Shown: piece by piece, positions 41,354-53,997 of the stretch
Numbering within the stretch: position 1 is the first letter of the stretch
Layout of the letters: every line of letters begins with the position of its first letter
NCBI GenBank assembly: GCA_028534125.1
Contig: CM052817.1
Coordinates: 93,622,001-93,686,000, forward strand
Direction of reading: 5' to 3'
Length of the DNA: 64,000 nt
Source: Lama glama
Taxonomy: Eukaryota
Translations under genes and position numbers: made by a program
Notes under the pieces: generated by a model
Seen by the model: only the letters and a program-made list of their open reading frames with translations
Databases searched by the model: none
What the model was told of the DNA's origin: nothing

Positions 41354-42123
41354 CTAATATTCAAAAGAGAAAAAATCAGGGCTACAATTTCATTCGCATG
41401 TGAAATCCAATTACTCAAAGTCAATACATTTTTTGAGAACATTCTGAGAGAACAGTGGTCAGCAATGAGGTGGATAAAATAGTGAGTAAGGAGACTCGGT
41501 TCTCAAATAATGTTCCAAAGCCCAAAGTGACACAAATATCCAAGTAAGTACAATTAACAGCAGATCAATCTCAGTGCCACTGCCAGGAGATACTATCCTT
41601 TATAGCTTCCAAAAAAGAGAGAGAGAGAGAGAACATGCAACTGAAAGGATTCCTGAATCTAGTACCTGCATCAGGCACTTTCAGATCCATCTCATCCTCC
41701 AGTTCTCAGAGGAACTACAAGCAGGATGAGAAATTACCAAATTTGGTCTAGAATTTGGGTTTTCTGTCTTCTAATCCATTGCATTTCAGCATGCATGGTT
41801 TCAGAACTCTTAAAAAACAATAACAACAAAAACAAAAACATCAACAAAGAAAAACCCTCCTGTGAATCCTTTTATCATTGCTGTATGGTATCAATTTTCC
41901 TGGTTAAAATGATACTTATGAAAATCATCTCGCCTGGTGGTTTAGCTCAGTAGGTGACCTCCATTATCTCCACAGTTGAACAGCTCTTGTCATTTTATTT
42001 TTTAAACTTTCATTTACAGCGTACAGTAGATTAACATTTTGTGTCTTCGGTGAATTCTCATTTTGTTATAGAGCGCACCATGGTTGCAGTGAACCACATT
42101 CTTTCAAAACTGGCCCAACTCAC

Positions 42124-42202
42124 GGCGAGAGGATCCTCCCCACGGTCATTTTTAGTATCTGGCTGGAAAATTTTCTGACAAGTGTAGCTAATTTTGCGCA
42201 CC
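42124..42202 (-). pseudogene. Pseudo-exon, 79 nt, phase 2->0, open: VRKISYTCQKIFQPDTKNDRGEDPLA
   Basis: cacttaacattcag|G and GCC|gtgagt; bridges the phases of the two flanking exons. Confidence 0.65.
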
Positions 42203-43144
42203 CTGAATGTTAAGTGTTTGAAGGCACCTGAATGAACTGTATTTCTAAAAAAATACACCTTTGTTTTACATTTTCCATAATTAACTAGCATGGGGCTATG
42301 GTTAAGTAACTTAAGAATTAAAAGGATTCTGTAAAGTTAATGAACAGTACATTTAATTATACAAGTATAAAAATTGGAATCTGTGACAACATACTGTAGG
42401 TTATAAACTTAATTTCGTTTTTATCATTTACATGCGTTATTCCATTGAAAGTCTACATGAAGGGCATGGGGAGCTTCCTGCTCCTCTAATCTATTTGCTC
42501 TTTTCACTTGTACATTTACTAGCTTCCTGCATTTTTGTTGGTTTTCAAAAGGGAGACTTAATATCAGTTAAAAAGCTAATATTATTCCTTAAATATTGAC
42601 AGTGATATAATGTAAGAATATTTATTTGATTAATTCTGAAATGGAAGAACCAGGTGAAATCAATACTTCAACACTAAAGAGTCAGGACAAAATTAAATTA
42701 TAATCTTGGGAAAGATCCTTAAATTATCTCATCCGTAAGAGAACAAGATCACGTGTGCAATGATAAAATAAAGTTCAATGGGCCGAATGTCATAACCAGC
42801 AATTGTTCCTATTCTGTGGAAGAATAACACAAGAAGGAAGACCTTAATTATATCATGAAGGATTTCAGTCAGATTCCTGCCATTCAGTCCTTAAAACAGA
42901 TATCCACAAGATGTGGTAGAATTTGAAAAGTAGGCTTCAATCTCAATATGAGGTAATGTTTGAGAGTTTTTTTTCCAACTGCAGTATTTTATCTTTTCTC
43001 ACAGTTAAAACACGGAAACTTCTTAATTTACCAATTCTCTCAGAGTTGAAAAATCCTTTAAAAACACAACTAGATCTTTCTTTCATGTTCTGTCAGATAT
43101 TCAAGGACGGTTATTTAAAATACAAATCTTCCAGCCCCATTCAC

Positions 43145-43442
43145 CTACAGTGCACCAGCTGCTGACTAGGAAACAGTGAGGCTGTTACTTCCATCTGAAG
43201 TAACAGATGCTGGAAGTCTTTCCCTCAAGTCAGAAGACAGTCCAACTGAAGCTATTAGCAGATGCATTGTTGGGGATAAGATATTAGTAAACGGGGCCCA
43301 TGAAGTGCTGCTCAAGTCTTTTAGATGATCAGATGAAGATTGAGGTAGACCAGATTCCAAAACACAACCAACCAGAAGAGTGACAGATGTTGAACACAGC
43401 TTGATCCTTTGCATACATGTGGCCGTGCTCTTAAAAACTTCC
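43145..43442 (-). pseudogene. Pseudo-exon: EVFKSTATCMQRIKLCSTSVTLLVGCVLESGLPQSSSDHLKDLSSTSWAPFTNILSPTMHLLIASVGLSSDLR/KDFQHLLLQMEVTASLFPSQQLVHC(R)
   Basis: ttttgcag|G (weak tract) and TGTAG|gtgaat. Fully open and phase 2->2 after removing one G near 43223. Confidence 0.65.
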
Positions 43443-43544
43443 CTGCAAAATCCTGAATCTCTCCTGTTATTGCCTCATCATTAAATACCATCATACGTGT
43501 TATCTTTGGAGTATTCATAGTTTTAATCTTTTATGACATTGATG

Positions 43545-43900
43545 GCTAACTGTCCACCAAAAGCATGGCGTGGATTCTGGGAGGTACTTCCCAATCAGAG
43601 AGACAGTTCAGCCTTGTCCATGTGACTAGCTTCCACCAAAGGAAGATGAGAAGATGGGAGTGTGTCATCTCCATCCTGAAGCTTCTAAGAAGCAGATGGA
43701 TCTGATGTAGAGATATAGAGAGCCGAGAGGCCCCAGGGGATGGCAGAATCAAAAGGTAGAAAGATCCTGAGTTCTCTGAACACCTTCATGGAGGAACACT
43801 TTCCACCAATTATGAATACCCCACTGGTCTCTTACAGAAGTAAGAAGTAAAGAAAACTTGGAGTTTATTAATTGGATCACCTAGAGTAACCCTAGAGCTC
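43545..43900 (+). mobile_element. Old MaLR LTR fragment (MLT1J/K-like)
   Basis: ccatgtgactagctt..gatggcagaatcaaaaggtagaaagatcctgagttctctga. Confidence 0.5.
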
Positions 43901-45212
43901 CAAACCCTAGGATAGAGTAAAAGAAAAATACAGATACATAGACTTTTATTTTAATTCCTGGCTATAGAAATGTAAGATAAATAGTTACAATCCTAAAATA
44001 GATGGGTTGGTCTCAACATAGAACTGTTATAAAAATTGAAAGCCATTTCATAAATTCAAAATACTTAATAAATGTTGGCAGTCATCTTTTTAGTAAGGAT
44101 TAAAAATCATTGGACCAGGTTGGGATCCTTTGTTGAAATAAATTATCAAGATGAAGGCAACATTCATTTTGGTAACTGTGAAAAGGAAAGGGATTAAAAA
44201 CATGGTTGAGGGTAAGGATGTGAGAGAGAAACAAAGGACAGTCAGTGTTTTTCTAGTCCAGAAGTACTCCAACAAGTTATTCCATCTCAAATTCATCTTC
44301 CTTGGTAGGGTTAATATCTATCTTATTTATTTGCTAAAATATCAAGTCAGATAAAAGATGTGACAGCACTTGAAAACTGTCAAGTACTAAGAAAAGTAAA
44401 GCAATATCACTGCTAATAAATTAATCAGAACAGGTCTGTACATAGAAGGATAATGAAATTATATTAATTTCATTTATCTTTCAGATTAGAGTTAGAAGTT
44501 CAAGGCAGTTTGTAATTATACATTTTAATACAAGAAATAGAAATCTAGAAGTAAAATGAGAGTGAGAAGTGAGTGATGTATTTAAGAATGGACTAAGTTA
44601 GCATTTTAAAATGCAAAGAATATATCTTCTTTTTAGAGAATAAGAATATTTGCACAATTAGATTTTTTTTCAATATGGAAAACAGGTTGTTTTAAGACAC
44701 AGCCATTTAATTGCATATTTTTAAAAATCTATCCAATTTGCTGAAATAATTATATTGAATATTTTTAAATAGACCATTTATTATATCATAAAGAAAAGTT
44801 AATAGATTTGAGATTTGTATTCATTTGTAAGTTGAAAGACTATTTTAATTGTTTTGATCTGTTTCTGAGCATTTCTATAGCAACTGTCACCATAGTTTTT
44901 AGATTTTCAGATAAAGCTACTTAAGAAATTAGAAACCTTTCAGTCAGTGAAATTTTTTCACTCTGATAAAATTAAAGAATATGGAATATGAGAAGGAATT
45001 AAGAAAAAAGACGTATTTTTTTAATGTCTGCTTGTGCAAACTAATTATCTTGGGAAAATATTTCCATATATTCCAAAAAGATGACAAAGAACTAAAATGT
45101 ATCAGAGAAACGGTTCAGTATGTGTGTTCTTTGAAGTCATTAAAGTAATGACTTTGCTTGGGAATGTCAACACCTAATTCTCAGGCCTGAGGATTCTAAT
45201 CGTCCACCTGGC

Positions 45213-45712
45213 NNNNNNNNNNNNNNNNNNNNNNNNNNNNNNNNNNNNNNNNNNNNNNNNNNNNNNNNNNNNNNNNNNNNNNNNNNNNNNNNNNNNNNNN
45301 NNNNNNNNNNNNNNNNNNNNNNNNNNNNNNNNNNNNNNNNNNNNNNNNNNNNNNNNNNNNNNNNNNNNNNNNNNNNNNNNNNNNNNNNNNNNNNNNNNNN
45401 NNNNNNNNNNNNNNNNNNNNNNNNNNNNNNNNNNNNNNNNNNNNNNNNNNNNNNNNNNNNNNNNNNNNNNNNNNNNNNNNNNNNNNNNNNNNNNNNNNNN
45501 NNNNNNNNNNNNNNNNNNNNNNNNNNNNNNNNNNNNNNNNNNNNNNNNNNNNNNNNNNNNNNNNNNNNNNNNNNNNNNNNNNNNNNNNNNNNNNNNNNNN
45601 NNNNNNNNNNNNNNNNNNNNNNNNNNNNNNNNNNNNNNNNNNNNNNNNNNNNNNNNNNNNNNNNNNNNNNNNNNNNNNNNNNNNNNNNNNNNNNNNNNNN
45701 NNNNNNNNNNNN
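45213..45712. other. Assembly gap (500 N)
   Basis: Run of n characters. Confidence 1.
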
Positions 45713-48700
45713 AAAAAATTTAAGTTTTTTGAATCTTTAATTTAGAGGAAAACACTAATAGAAATGGGATATAAATATTTTAATTCATTAAGAGAAAACA
45801 AAAATAGAGACTTAAGGGCAAACAAAATTACAAGAAAGCAGGGAAATTAGAAAATATGAACAAGATAACTGAAGTAAGAAATTCAATCTTATTTTTTTGA
45901 CCCCAAATTCTTATATTTCATATCCCTTTTTTTCCTCAGAAATTTCATTTCTAGGATTTCATTCTGAAGAAATGATTGATGTGTCAGAGAGGCTACAACC
46001 ATATGCCCTGAAACTTTGTTTACTAATGAAAAAAATGGAAATACTATAAACAGCCAAAAGACCTTTTTAAGCATTATGATATAGTGAGATGCAATCTGCC
46101 ATTAAAAATATTTCCATTAACTAAATGAAGTGATATAAAAATTTCAGAATATTTTACGAAGTAATCAAGAGCACTAAAAACAATGGGATCTCATGTTTAG
46201 AATAATTTGCTTACTACATAAGTATATATATATGTGTATATACAAAAAATTGAAATGTACACATCAAAATATTAACAGTTAGGGGGAGGAGATCGCTGAT
46301 TTACATATAACTGATCCATAATCCTCAATTATTCTGCAAGAAACACACTTTTACTTCTGCAATAAAAGAATAAAACTGTATATATAATCCCTGATTAGGT
46401 TAAAGAAAAATGTGAAAACCTATTTACAAGTAATACACCTAAAGAAAATGATAGGAGAGTTTCAAAACACAAAGATGAGGAAAAGTTTATAGGTAAATTA
46501 AGTTAAAATGTAATTAGAGATAAAGCCATCACTTGTACTGAAAAATATTAAATGAATTAAGAAAAATTTATTAATGATATTATACAGCTATTAAAACCAG
46601 ATTTTCGCTCAATATTTTATTAATGAATGTCTTATGATACAATATTAAGCAAAAAAGACACCTAACTGTATGCATATTATAAGCCCATTAATAAAATATG
46701 CAATAGATATGGCATTTTACATTTAATATATTAAATATGCATATACGAAAGTTTAATGACTATATTATGCACAGAACTTATTATGACATACACATTATGA
46801 AAGAAGGCCAGAAGAAATAAAGTAAAACATTCATAATGATTTTCCTGGGTGATTCATTAAATGATTTTTTTAAATATTCATAGCATATTTTCATATTTGA
46901 TTACAAATATACTATTTTTATAAACAAAAATATTTAAAATATGAAATAGGTATCAGCTACTAAAACCAATCATTTCATGTAATATAAAAGATAAGATCAG
47001 AAGAGGAAAATACATGAAAAAGTAATAAAAAAATTAAGCCTTTCTTCTGTTTTTTAAAACAAATTCATTAGTGTCATGGCTCAGAATCTAGAAACACAGA
47101 GAATGATGATTTTTTAATAACAGCAAAAATCAATCACATGAATTTCCTTTTTCTAACATTTTTGAGGTAGTTCCAAGATTCAGGTAGTTCTAAGACTGGA
47201 AATAGGATTTTTTACCAAGCAATTGGTATCCTGTGTGTGCACATGTGCTTACTTTCCTAGATGCCAAACACCTACAAAGTGCTAAAGTCCAATGACATCA
47301 CCAGCGCTGGCTCGGGGAAGAAAAGGGTACAGACAAGGGCTATCTATCAACCTTTTAATTTGCTGAAATCCCTTAATGAGAACTAATAACCCTTAATATT
47401 CATTTGCTTGATAAACAAGCCATTTTATTTGAATGGAAGGTCAACATTGCCTGAGGCTATTTTCATGCTGTTCTGTCAAATTTTAATGGCTCCTGGAGTT
47501 CAGTTGCTATAAATACACATACCAAATGTCCACCCGTATATTTAAGCATGGGCTTTATAAATAAAGGAAATCACTGAACACGACATGCCACTCTTTGTGG
47601 TCAGGCACTTAAAGCTGACATTCTGGGGCAATGCGGACCTTATTGATATCATAATGGGCTCAAGAACCAGCACCAGATGGGATCAGCAGTAAGATTCGTT
47701 GCCTAAATGGCATAACCAGGGAGAGCTCTTAGAATCTGTGTGCCTAACTGTAGCCACTTCCTCCACCCCTCCTATGCTTGTCTGATCCTCATGTTTTGCC
47801 TTTTTTCTTAGTTCCTGATCTCTTCTCCAGTTTCTTGCCCCAGAGTCCTGACCCACTCGGCGAGCACTTTGCTATCTATACACTGGAAGCGACTTCCACC
47901 ATCAGGTACTGATCATGATGCTCACAGAACCTAGCTCCACACGTGCAGACCACCAAGCCCAGTAACGATGATGCACTGTACCGGCCTGTTTGAATGTGGC
48001 TTCTACCTGGACACTAGAGAGGACAGGAGTGCAGCTTCTGGGGTCAGATTACTGAGCTCCAGTCCTGTGTCAGTTGCTTATTAACTGCATGAACAAGAAT
48101 GACCCACTTAGCTTCCCTAAGCGTGTATCTCCTTCTGAGAAAATATCTGCAAGGGGTTAGTTTGGGAATTAAATGAGATTCTATATAAGAAGCCAAGCAT
48201 ATGTCCAGCACTTGGTAAGTCCAGGAGCAGGCTACCTGTGGATAGTGAAAAACATACGGTCTTCAAGAGCCAGACGAGCCCGCAGATCCTTCTGCTCAGG
48301 ATGAAAGACAGAGAAGATGACTGGGCAGAGATAATAGGGAATAGGAGTACAGTTTAGGAACTAACTTCTGAAATTATGATTCAAGGTTAAATCTCTGTCA
48401 TATAAAAAGCTAGAAGCCTAGATATCTAGGTATAAGATCAGTGCCAGGAAAAAAAGCAAGAGTATCTTAATATAAACTTACCTGAAAGGCTAAGATAAAC
48501 CTGAAATTCATTCAACAAGATAGATAATTAGTTCTAGAGCATTAGAAAGGGATGAAAACATAGATGTAGGTGAAAACACCGAGGCTTTGGGGTTTGGAAG
48601 CACGTTATATTGAAAGTCAGAGGATCATTACACCCGCCTTTACTCTTGAGCCATATGAATCTATCCTAACAACTGCTGACTCACCAGTCTTGCTAAAGTG

Positions 48701-48995
48701 CAGCTATGACCATCTGCCAATTCATCTCTCAGAGCCTTTGAATGGATTACAGAATTACATATGATCTCTTCCGCACAACATCATCATATGATCCAGCTTT
48801 CCTTTGCAGCCTTTATACCATACATTTCCACCTACACTTAGCACTCCAACGAAACAGACTGAGACAAACAAGGCGTTTCCTGCCTTCGTGTTTTTGCTCT
48901 TATAATTTCTTCTTCCCAGAAATCCCTCCCACTTTGCAAATTCGTTGCAATTCTACCCATCCTGCAAGACCTGTCCCATGTAGTCTCACTGTGTA

Positions 48996-51325
48996 ATGCT
49001 GCAACTCAAATTGGGTAGACTATGTGGATCCAGAAACCAAGGGATGGAAGGCACGGTCCTTGCTATCACTGGCAGTGACACCTGGGAAATGTGTGCTTAT
49101 CATCCTCATAACTCTAGGCTCTAAGTGCACAGAAGTCATAGTTCCCAGGTAGTAACACTTCTAGCAGGGGACACAATAAAAGTCTCACTGAACCATTTTA
49201 AATGTTTATTTTACCGAGGTGTAATTTACATAATTTACCCTTTTAAGTGTACAATTCTGAGTTTTGTAAAGTGCATCTAATGAGGTACCACCATCAAATC
49301 AAGATATAGAATAATTCCATCACTCCAAAATAAATACTCATGCTCCTTTATAGCCAAATCCTACCCCATCCTCAGTGCTTCATGCCTCAATGTTTTCTGT
49401 CCTTATTATAGGTTTGTCTTTTCCAGAATGGAATTATACAGTATGTAACATTTTGAGTCTGGCTTCTTTCACTTGGTATGTTCTTTCATGAACCAACAGT
49501 TCATTCCTTTTTACTACTGAGTTTCTACATACTTCATTGTAGGAATGCACCACAGTTTGTTTATTAATTAACCAGATGAAGGACACTTGCATGGTTTCCA
49601 TTTTTGGCTATTATGAACAAAATTGTTATATATAAATATTCACACACAGGTTCTAATGTACTTATATGTGAACATAAGCTTTCATTTCTCGTGAACAAAT
49701 ACCTAAGAGAAGGACTGATGAGTCATATGGTAGGCGTACGTTACCTTTACAAGAAACTTCCAAACTCTTTTCAAAAGTGGCTGTTCTGTTTTGCCTCCCA
49801 GCAACGTTTGAGACTTCCAGATATTCTGGACTCTCGCCAGCCCTTGGTACAGATATAGTCCTTTATATTCCTTTATTTAAAAAATTCAGTCATTCTCATA
49901 GATGTATAATAGTGTCTCATTGTGGTTTCAATTTGTTTTTCCCTAATGACTAATGTTATTGAGCATCTTTTCATGCACTTATTTTTCATCTGTACATGGC
50001 AAAGTGTCTCTTCAATTATTTTGCTTTTTATTGAGCTGTACTGTTTTCTTCTTGAACTCTGAGAATCTTTTACATCTTGTAGATACAAGCCCTGTACCAA
50101 ATATGCATCTGCAAATATTTTCCTCCCATCTACGGCCTGGCTTGTGTTTTCATTTTCTTAACTACGTATTTTGAAGAGCAGAAGATTCTAATTTTGATAG
50201 ATTAAAAATTTATAATTTTTCTATGGATCATGGTTTTGGTGCCATATCTAAGGAATTTTTATATAACCAAAGGTCACAAATACCTTCTCCCATTATTTTT
50301 CTAGAAGTTTTATAGTTTAGGTTATGCATTTAGGTCCAGGATTCATGTAAAGTTAAGTTTTGTATATGGTGTGTGGTATGGGTTGAAGTTCATTTTTTTG
50401 CAAATAGATATTCAATTTTTCCAGTATCTTTTGTTGAAATGACTACCTTTTTCCAGTGAATTAATCTTGTACCTTTGTCAGAATCACTTGACTATGTATG
50501 TGTAAGCCTATTTCTGAATCCAAATCTTTCTCATTCATCCATATATCTATCCGTTTTCTAATACCACCTACTCTGGATTATGGTAGTTTTAGACTAAGTC
50601 TTGAGTGTGAGTCTTTCATCCTTGTCCATCTTTTAAGAAATAATTTCAGCAATTATTATTCCTTTGCCTTTCTAAATGTTAAAATCAACTTGACAATTTC
50701 CATAAAAAATTATTTTGGTATTGACTGAGATTGCATTGAACCTATTCTGTTCCTTAAGGTTCTAAAAATTGCACTGATAAAGTTTGGAAAGAGTCTTGTT
50801 GAATATTAACCTATGAACACTGCCGGTCACTTCATGTCAAAACATCAGTAGGCAGGAAAGGAGGTCACACACACAGCTCTAACTGTTATGAGGAGACAGG
50901 GATGTCGTGACTCAGTGTGGAAAGAGAATAATACATTTGCAACCTGCTCCTGATGGGCACTTCTTTGTACTCTCCTACCCAATGTTGATGGTCAACTGAC
51001 AAATGCCATGGTGTATACTGGCCTGAGAAGGCTATGGGAATCTGGGGCTCTGACCCTTCAGGGATTTGGATCAGACCACTAGGTAAGCCATCCAGACCAG
51101 CAGAGGTTCCAGCTAGGGGTGAATGTAACCTAGAATAAGTACAAATTGATGAAGACCATGAGTATCAGTTGCAGCTTCAAGTTCTGCTGCAGGGGCAGGA
51201 CTGAAGTTGGTCAGACTAACTTTCTTCTATTATATTTCCTCGGAAAAAGAAACCAACCATAATCCAGGAAGAGCTGTTCCTATACAGGGTGAGTTACTAC
51301 TTAAAGCAAGTGAATCTGGGTGAAG
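48996..51325 (+). mobile_element. ERV-L internal remnant (3' pol/dUTPase region), split by an L1
   Basis: Degenerate matches to ERV-L peptides: GSRNQGME (ggatccagaaaccaagggatggaa), VIVP....L.AGDT..V.LN, and after the L1 GSDPSG..W..PLGKPSRPAEV.A.GE.NLE. Confidence 0.75.
49195..50745 (-). mobile_element. Old LINE-1 3' half inserted into the ERV-L remnant
   Basis: Minus-strand MKRCSITLVIREKQIETTMRHYYT..RM (L1 ORF2) and 3'UTR motifs gtgtaatttacata..ttttaagtgtacaatt. Confidence 0.88.
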
Positions 51326-51329
51326 CCAG

Positions 51330-51708
51330 CCCCTAGATAACCTGTCAGGCCCAAGCACTAGTTTCCCCAGCTGCTAGGAGTGGTGGCTGCTAACGGTTCA
51401 TAGCTGAGTCTCAGCCCAGATGGCAGCTGGGAGGTGTCTCCCTCATCCTGGGTTACACTTCCACCCAGGGAGAGTCTGCTTCCAATGACTGGGCCCTACC
51501 TCCTTCCCTAATTTTGGGCTACGTCCCAGGCTACCAATAGGACTGTCTGAGGCTTCTCTCTAACGTAACTACATTACTTTTCAACTTCTCCCTCTGCCCA
51601 CCCTGCTTCCCCCAACAATTTCATACAGGAGTTGTTTCCAAGAGCATTTTCCAGTAAGCCCCTTGAATATAAACCTACTCAGAATCTGGTCCCTGTGTAA
51701 ACTGTCCT
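51330..51708 (+). mobile_element. ERV-L LTR (LTR16-like)
   Basis: ttccccagctgct..tggctgctaacggttcatagctg..caacttctccctctgccca.cctgcttccc..ctcagaatctg; directly follows the ERV-L internal segment. Confidence 0.7.
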
Positions 51709-51710
51709 AC

Positions 51711-51871
51711 CTGTAGGTCCTGTAGGTCCTGCACCTCTAACGTTCCTCTTTCCATGCCTCTGAGGGGTAATCTGGCCCGATTTGGTCTTAAAGCTTCCTC
51801 AGGTGTTTATGATGCCCTACTGGGAACCAGTGGCATTATGGATTGAGTTTTGGCAGTGTTTTGAGCCAATT
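51711..51871 (-). pseudogene. Possible pseudo-exon: NWLKTLPKLNP*CHWFPVGHHKHLRKL*...
   Basis: ttttttcttaaaaattgattaccag|AAT and ACAG|gtagga, but several stops in every frame and the donor abuts the LTR end. Confidence 0.3.
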
Positions 51872-51981
51872 CTGGTAATCAATTTTTAAGAAAAAAATAG
51901 ATATGCCTATTAAAAGTGTAGAGTACACAAGGAAAGTCTCCTGCCCTGTTGAGGTCATGAATGGTGACAACATGAATTTAC

Positions 51982-52187
51982 TTTTTCAGGAGAAATATAA
52001 ATATGAAGGCAGATCATCATGACATTATTTATTAGAAGACCATGGTGATGGTCTGCTGAATTAAACCTACAAGACCTGGTGGCTGGGCACTAGGACTGTA
52101 AGAAGTGAGTCACCCAGAGCGGTCAATCCCATGAGATGTCCTCTAGTCCTGCAACATGTCTGGTTCCTGCTAGTTAATAAAACCAAT
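51982..52187 (-). pseudogene. Degraded pseudo-exon: IGFI../..RFNSADHHHGLLINNVMMICLHIYISPEK
   Basis: atttcttctaaccag|ATT and AAAAA|gtaaat; several stops and at least one frameshift. Confidence 0.4.
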
Positions 52188-52540
52188 CTGGTTAGAAGAA
52201 ATATTTAATTCGAAGTGTCTGATACTGTCTAAACCAGTAACAACGATTTAAGTTTCTCTTGGGAAGTGATTTTTTAGATGGTACAGACTCTGTGGCCAGC
52301 ACGTATTTCTCACTAGACAACTGACTTTGGTTGTGAGCTCGGGCAAATGAGTTTACATTGCCAGGCTTCACTGCCTTATTTTCTAAATGTAGATGTTGAG
52401 ATAGGTATTCCATAGGTTTATTGTGACTCTGCAATGACAGACTCTCCTATGATCTGTTTCTCCAAAAAAAAGAAGACCAAGTATAAAGGAAATCTGACAA
52501 TGTAATAAGATATAGAAAGGGTTAGTGGAAGGAAAGTTAC

Positions 52541-53530
52541 CTGCCACACATCCATACATGAGATATATTTTTTTCTTTTCTACTACATTTATTACAAGAT
52601 ATTGAATATAGTTCTCTGTGCTATATAGTAGGACTTTGTTATTTGTCTATTTTATATACAGTAGTTTGTATCTGCTAATCCCAAACTCTTAAGTTAGCCC
52701 TCCCCACTGCCCTTTCCCTTTGGTAACCATAAGTTTGTTTTCTATGTCTGAGTCTGTTTCTGTTTCATAAATAAGTTCATTTGTATCATATTTTAGATTC
52801 CACATATAAGCGATATCATATGGTATTTTTCTTTCTTTCTGGCTTACTTCACTTAGTATGACAATTTCCAGGTCCATCCATGTTGTTGCAAATGGCATTA
52901 TTTCGTTCTTTTTTATGGTTGAATAATATTCCATTGTCTACATATACCACATCTTCTCTATCCAGTCATCTGTCGATGGACATTTAAGTAGTTTCCATGT
53001 CTTAGCTGTTGTAAATAGTGCTGCTATAAACACGGAGGTGCATGTATCTTTTTGGAGTTTTCTTCAGATATATGCCCAGGAGTGGGATTGTTGGATCATA
53101 TGGTAAGTCTGTTTTTACTTTTTAAAGGAACCTCCATACTGTTTTCCATTGTGGCTACACCAAATTACATTCCCATCAACAGTGTAGGAGGGTTCCCTTT
53201 TCTCCACCCCCTCTCTGGCATTTACCATTTGTGGACTTTTTAATAATGGCCATTCTGATCGCCATGAGGTAATATCTCATTGTAGTTTTGATTTGTTTTT
53301 CCATGAGATACATTTTAATCTGCATTTTGAACTGGAAGGAATGTTACACAGCCTATCCTCAAATGGCTTTACTGCAAACATCTGTAACTGACCTGAAGTT
53401 AGACCAGCATTCAGCAAGTTGAGTATCTCATCCACTCAAAGATTTGTTATTTCCTTCATCTTGCAATGAAGAATTGTATAAAACGTTCCGGAGACATCTT
53501 CCCAAGAGACAGTAATTTATCTTCTCTAAC
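52541..53530 (-). pseudogene. Pseudo-exon split by an L1: VREDK/ITVSWEDVSGTFYTILHCKMKEITNL*VDEILNLLNAGLTSGQLQMFAVKPFEDRLCNIPSSSKCRLKCISC[L1]MDVWQ
   Basis: aatttttaag|GTT at 53530. After removing the L1 and one TSD copy, the frame runs on to GCAG|gtaact at 52541. Confidence 0.65.
52572..53301 (-). mobile_element. 5'-truncated LINE-1 with 15-bp TSD
   Basis: ORF2 end MEYYSTIKKNEIMPFATTWMDLEIVILSEVSQKE; TSD catgagata(t/c)atttt at 52557-52571 and 53302-53316; TT/AAAA endonuclease site. Confidence 0.93.
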
Positions 53531-53608
53531 CTTAAAAATTCCATTTAACAGTAAGGCTGGGAGAATGGTTCTAATGTTCTAAGAAAAATAAATAAATAAA
53601 TCACTTAC

Positions 53609-53666
53609 TAGTAAAAACAGGTTTCCTTTCATCTCCTTCAGCTTAGTTTTAGCTCTCAAGCTATCC
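53609..53666 (-). pseudogene. Pseudo-exon, 58 nt, phase 2->0, open: DSLRAKTKLKEMKGNLFLL
   Basis: tctgactttttcag|G and CTA|gtaagtg; 78-nt intron to the next exon. Confidence 0.65.
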
Positions 53667-53850
53667 CTGAAAAAGTCAGATATCCAGACCCCTAGAACAG
53701 CAATGTTTCAGAGACAGCCACTGTGGCAGACAGAAAGTGGAGAAAAGCTTTTATTTGCTTTATATACTATTTATTTATATATTATACCTCTGAATATGAT
53801 TTCTTTGGAAAAGAGTCCTGCTGCTTTAGCCAAATCAGGAAAACACTTAC

Positions 53851-53997
53851 TGAGAATCCAAAGTTTGATAAGACACTTAATATACTTTCTTTAAAAAGCA
53901 AGGAATCCTAATGGGATCACCCTGCTCCCCTCTGAGTTTCTTGGAAACTAAATTGCACTGGAAACTGTGGGGCTATTTTTTGTCCTCTGGTAAGATC
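53851..53997 (-). pseudogene. Pseudo-exon, 147 nt, phase 2->2: ILPEDKK*PHSFQCNLVSKKLRGEQGDPIRIPCFLKKVY*VSYQTLDS(Q)
   Basis: cacttatgcag|G and TCTCA|gtaagtg; two stops; end phase matches the next exon. Confidence 0.55.

Noticed and set aside
41135..43442. NACHT/STAND-like reading of SLPLYL and HLLIAS
   Set aside because: No Walker A/B motifs found; the IRG-like reading explains more motifs in order. Not formally excluded without a profile search.
43321..43518. MNTPKITRMM... as a gene start
   Set aside because: A different frame entered by a splice acceptor at 43442 fits better, and many exons lie further upstream.
48259..48500. Tiny minus-strand exon-shaped segments (34 nt KDLRARLALED; 19 nt near 48482)
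   Set aside because: Too short to distinguish from chance, and the phases do not clearly link to neighbours.
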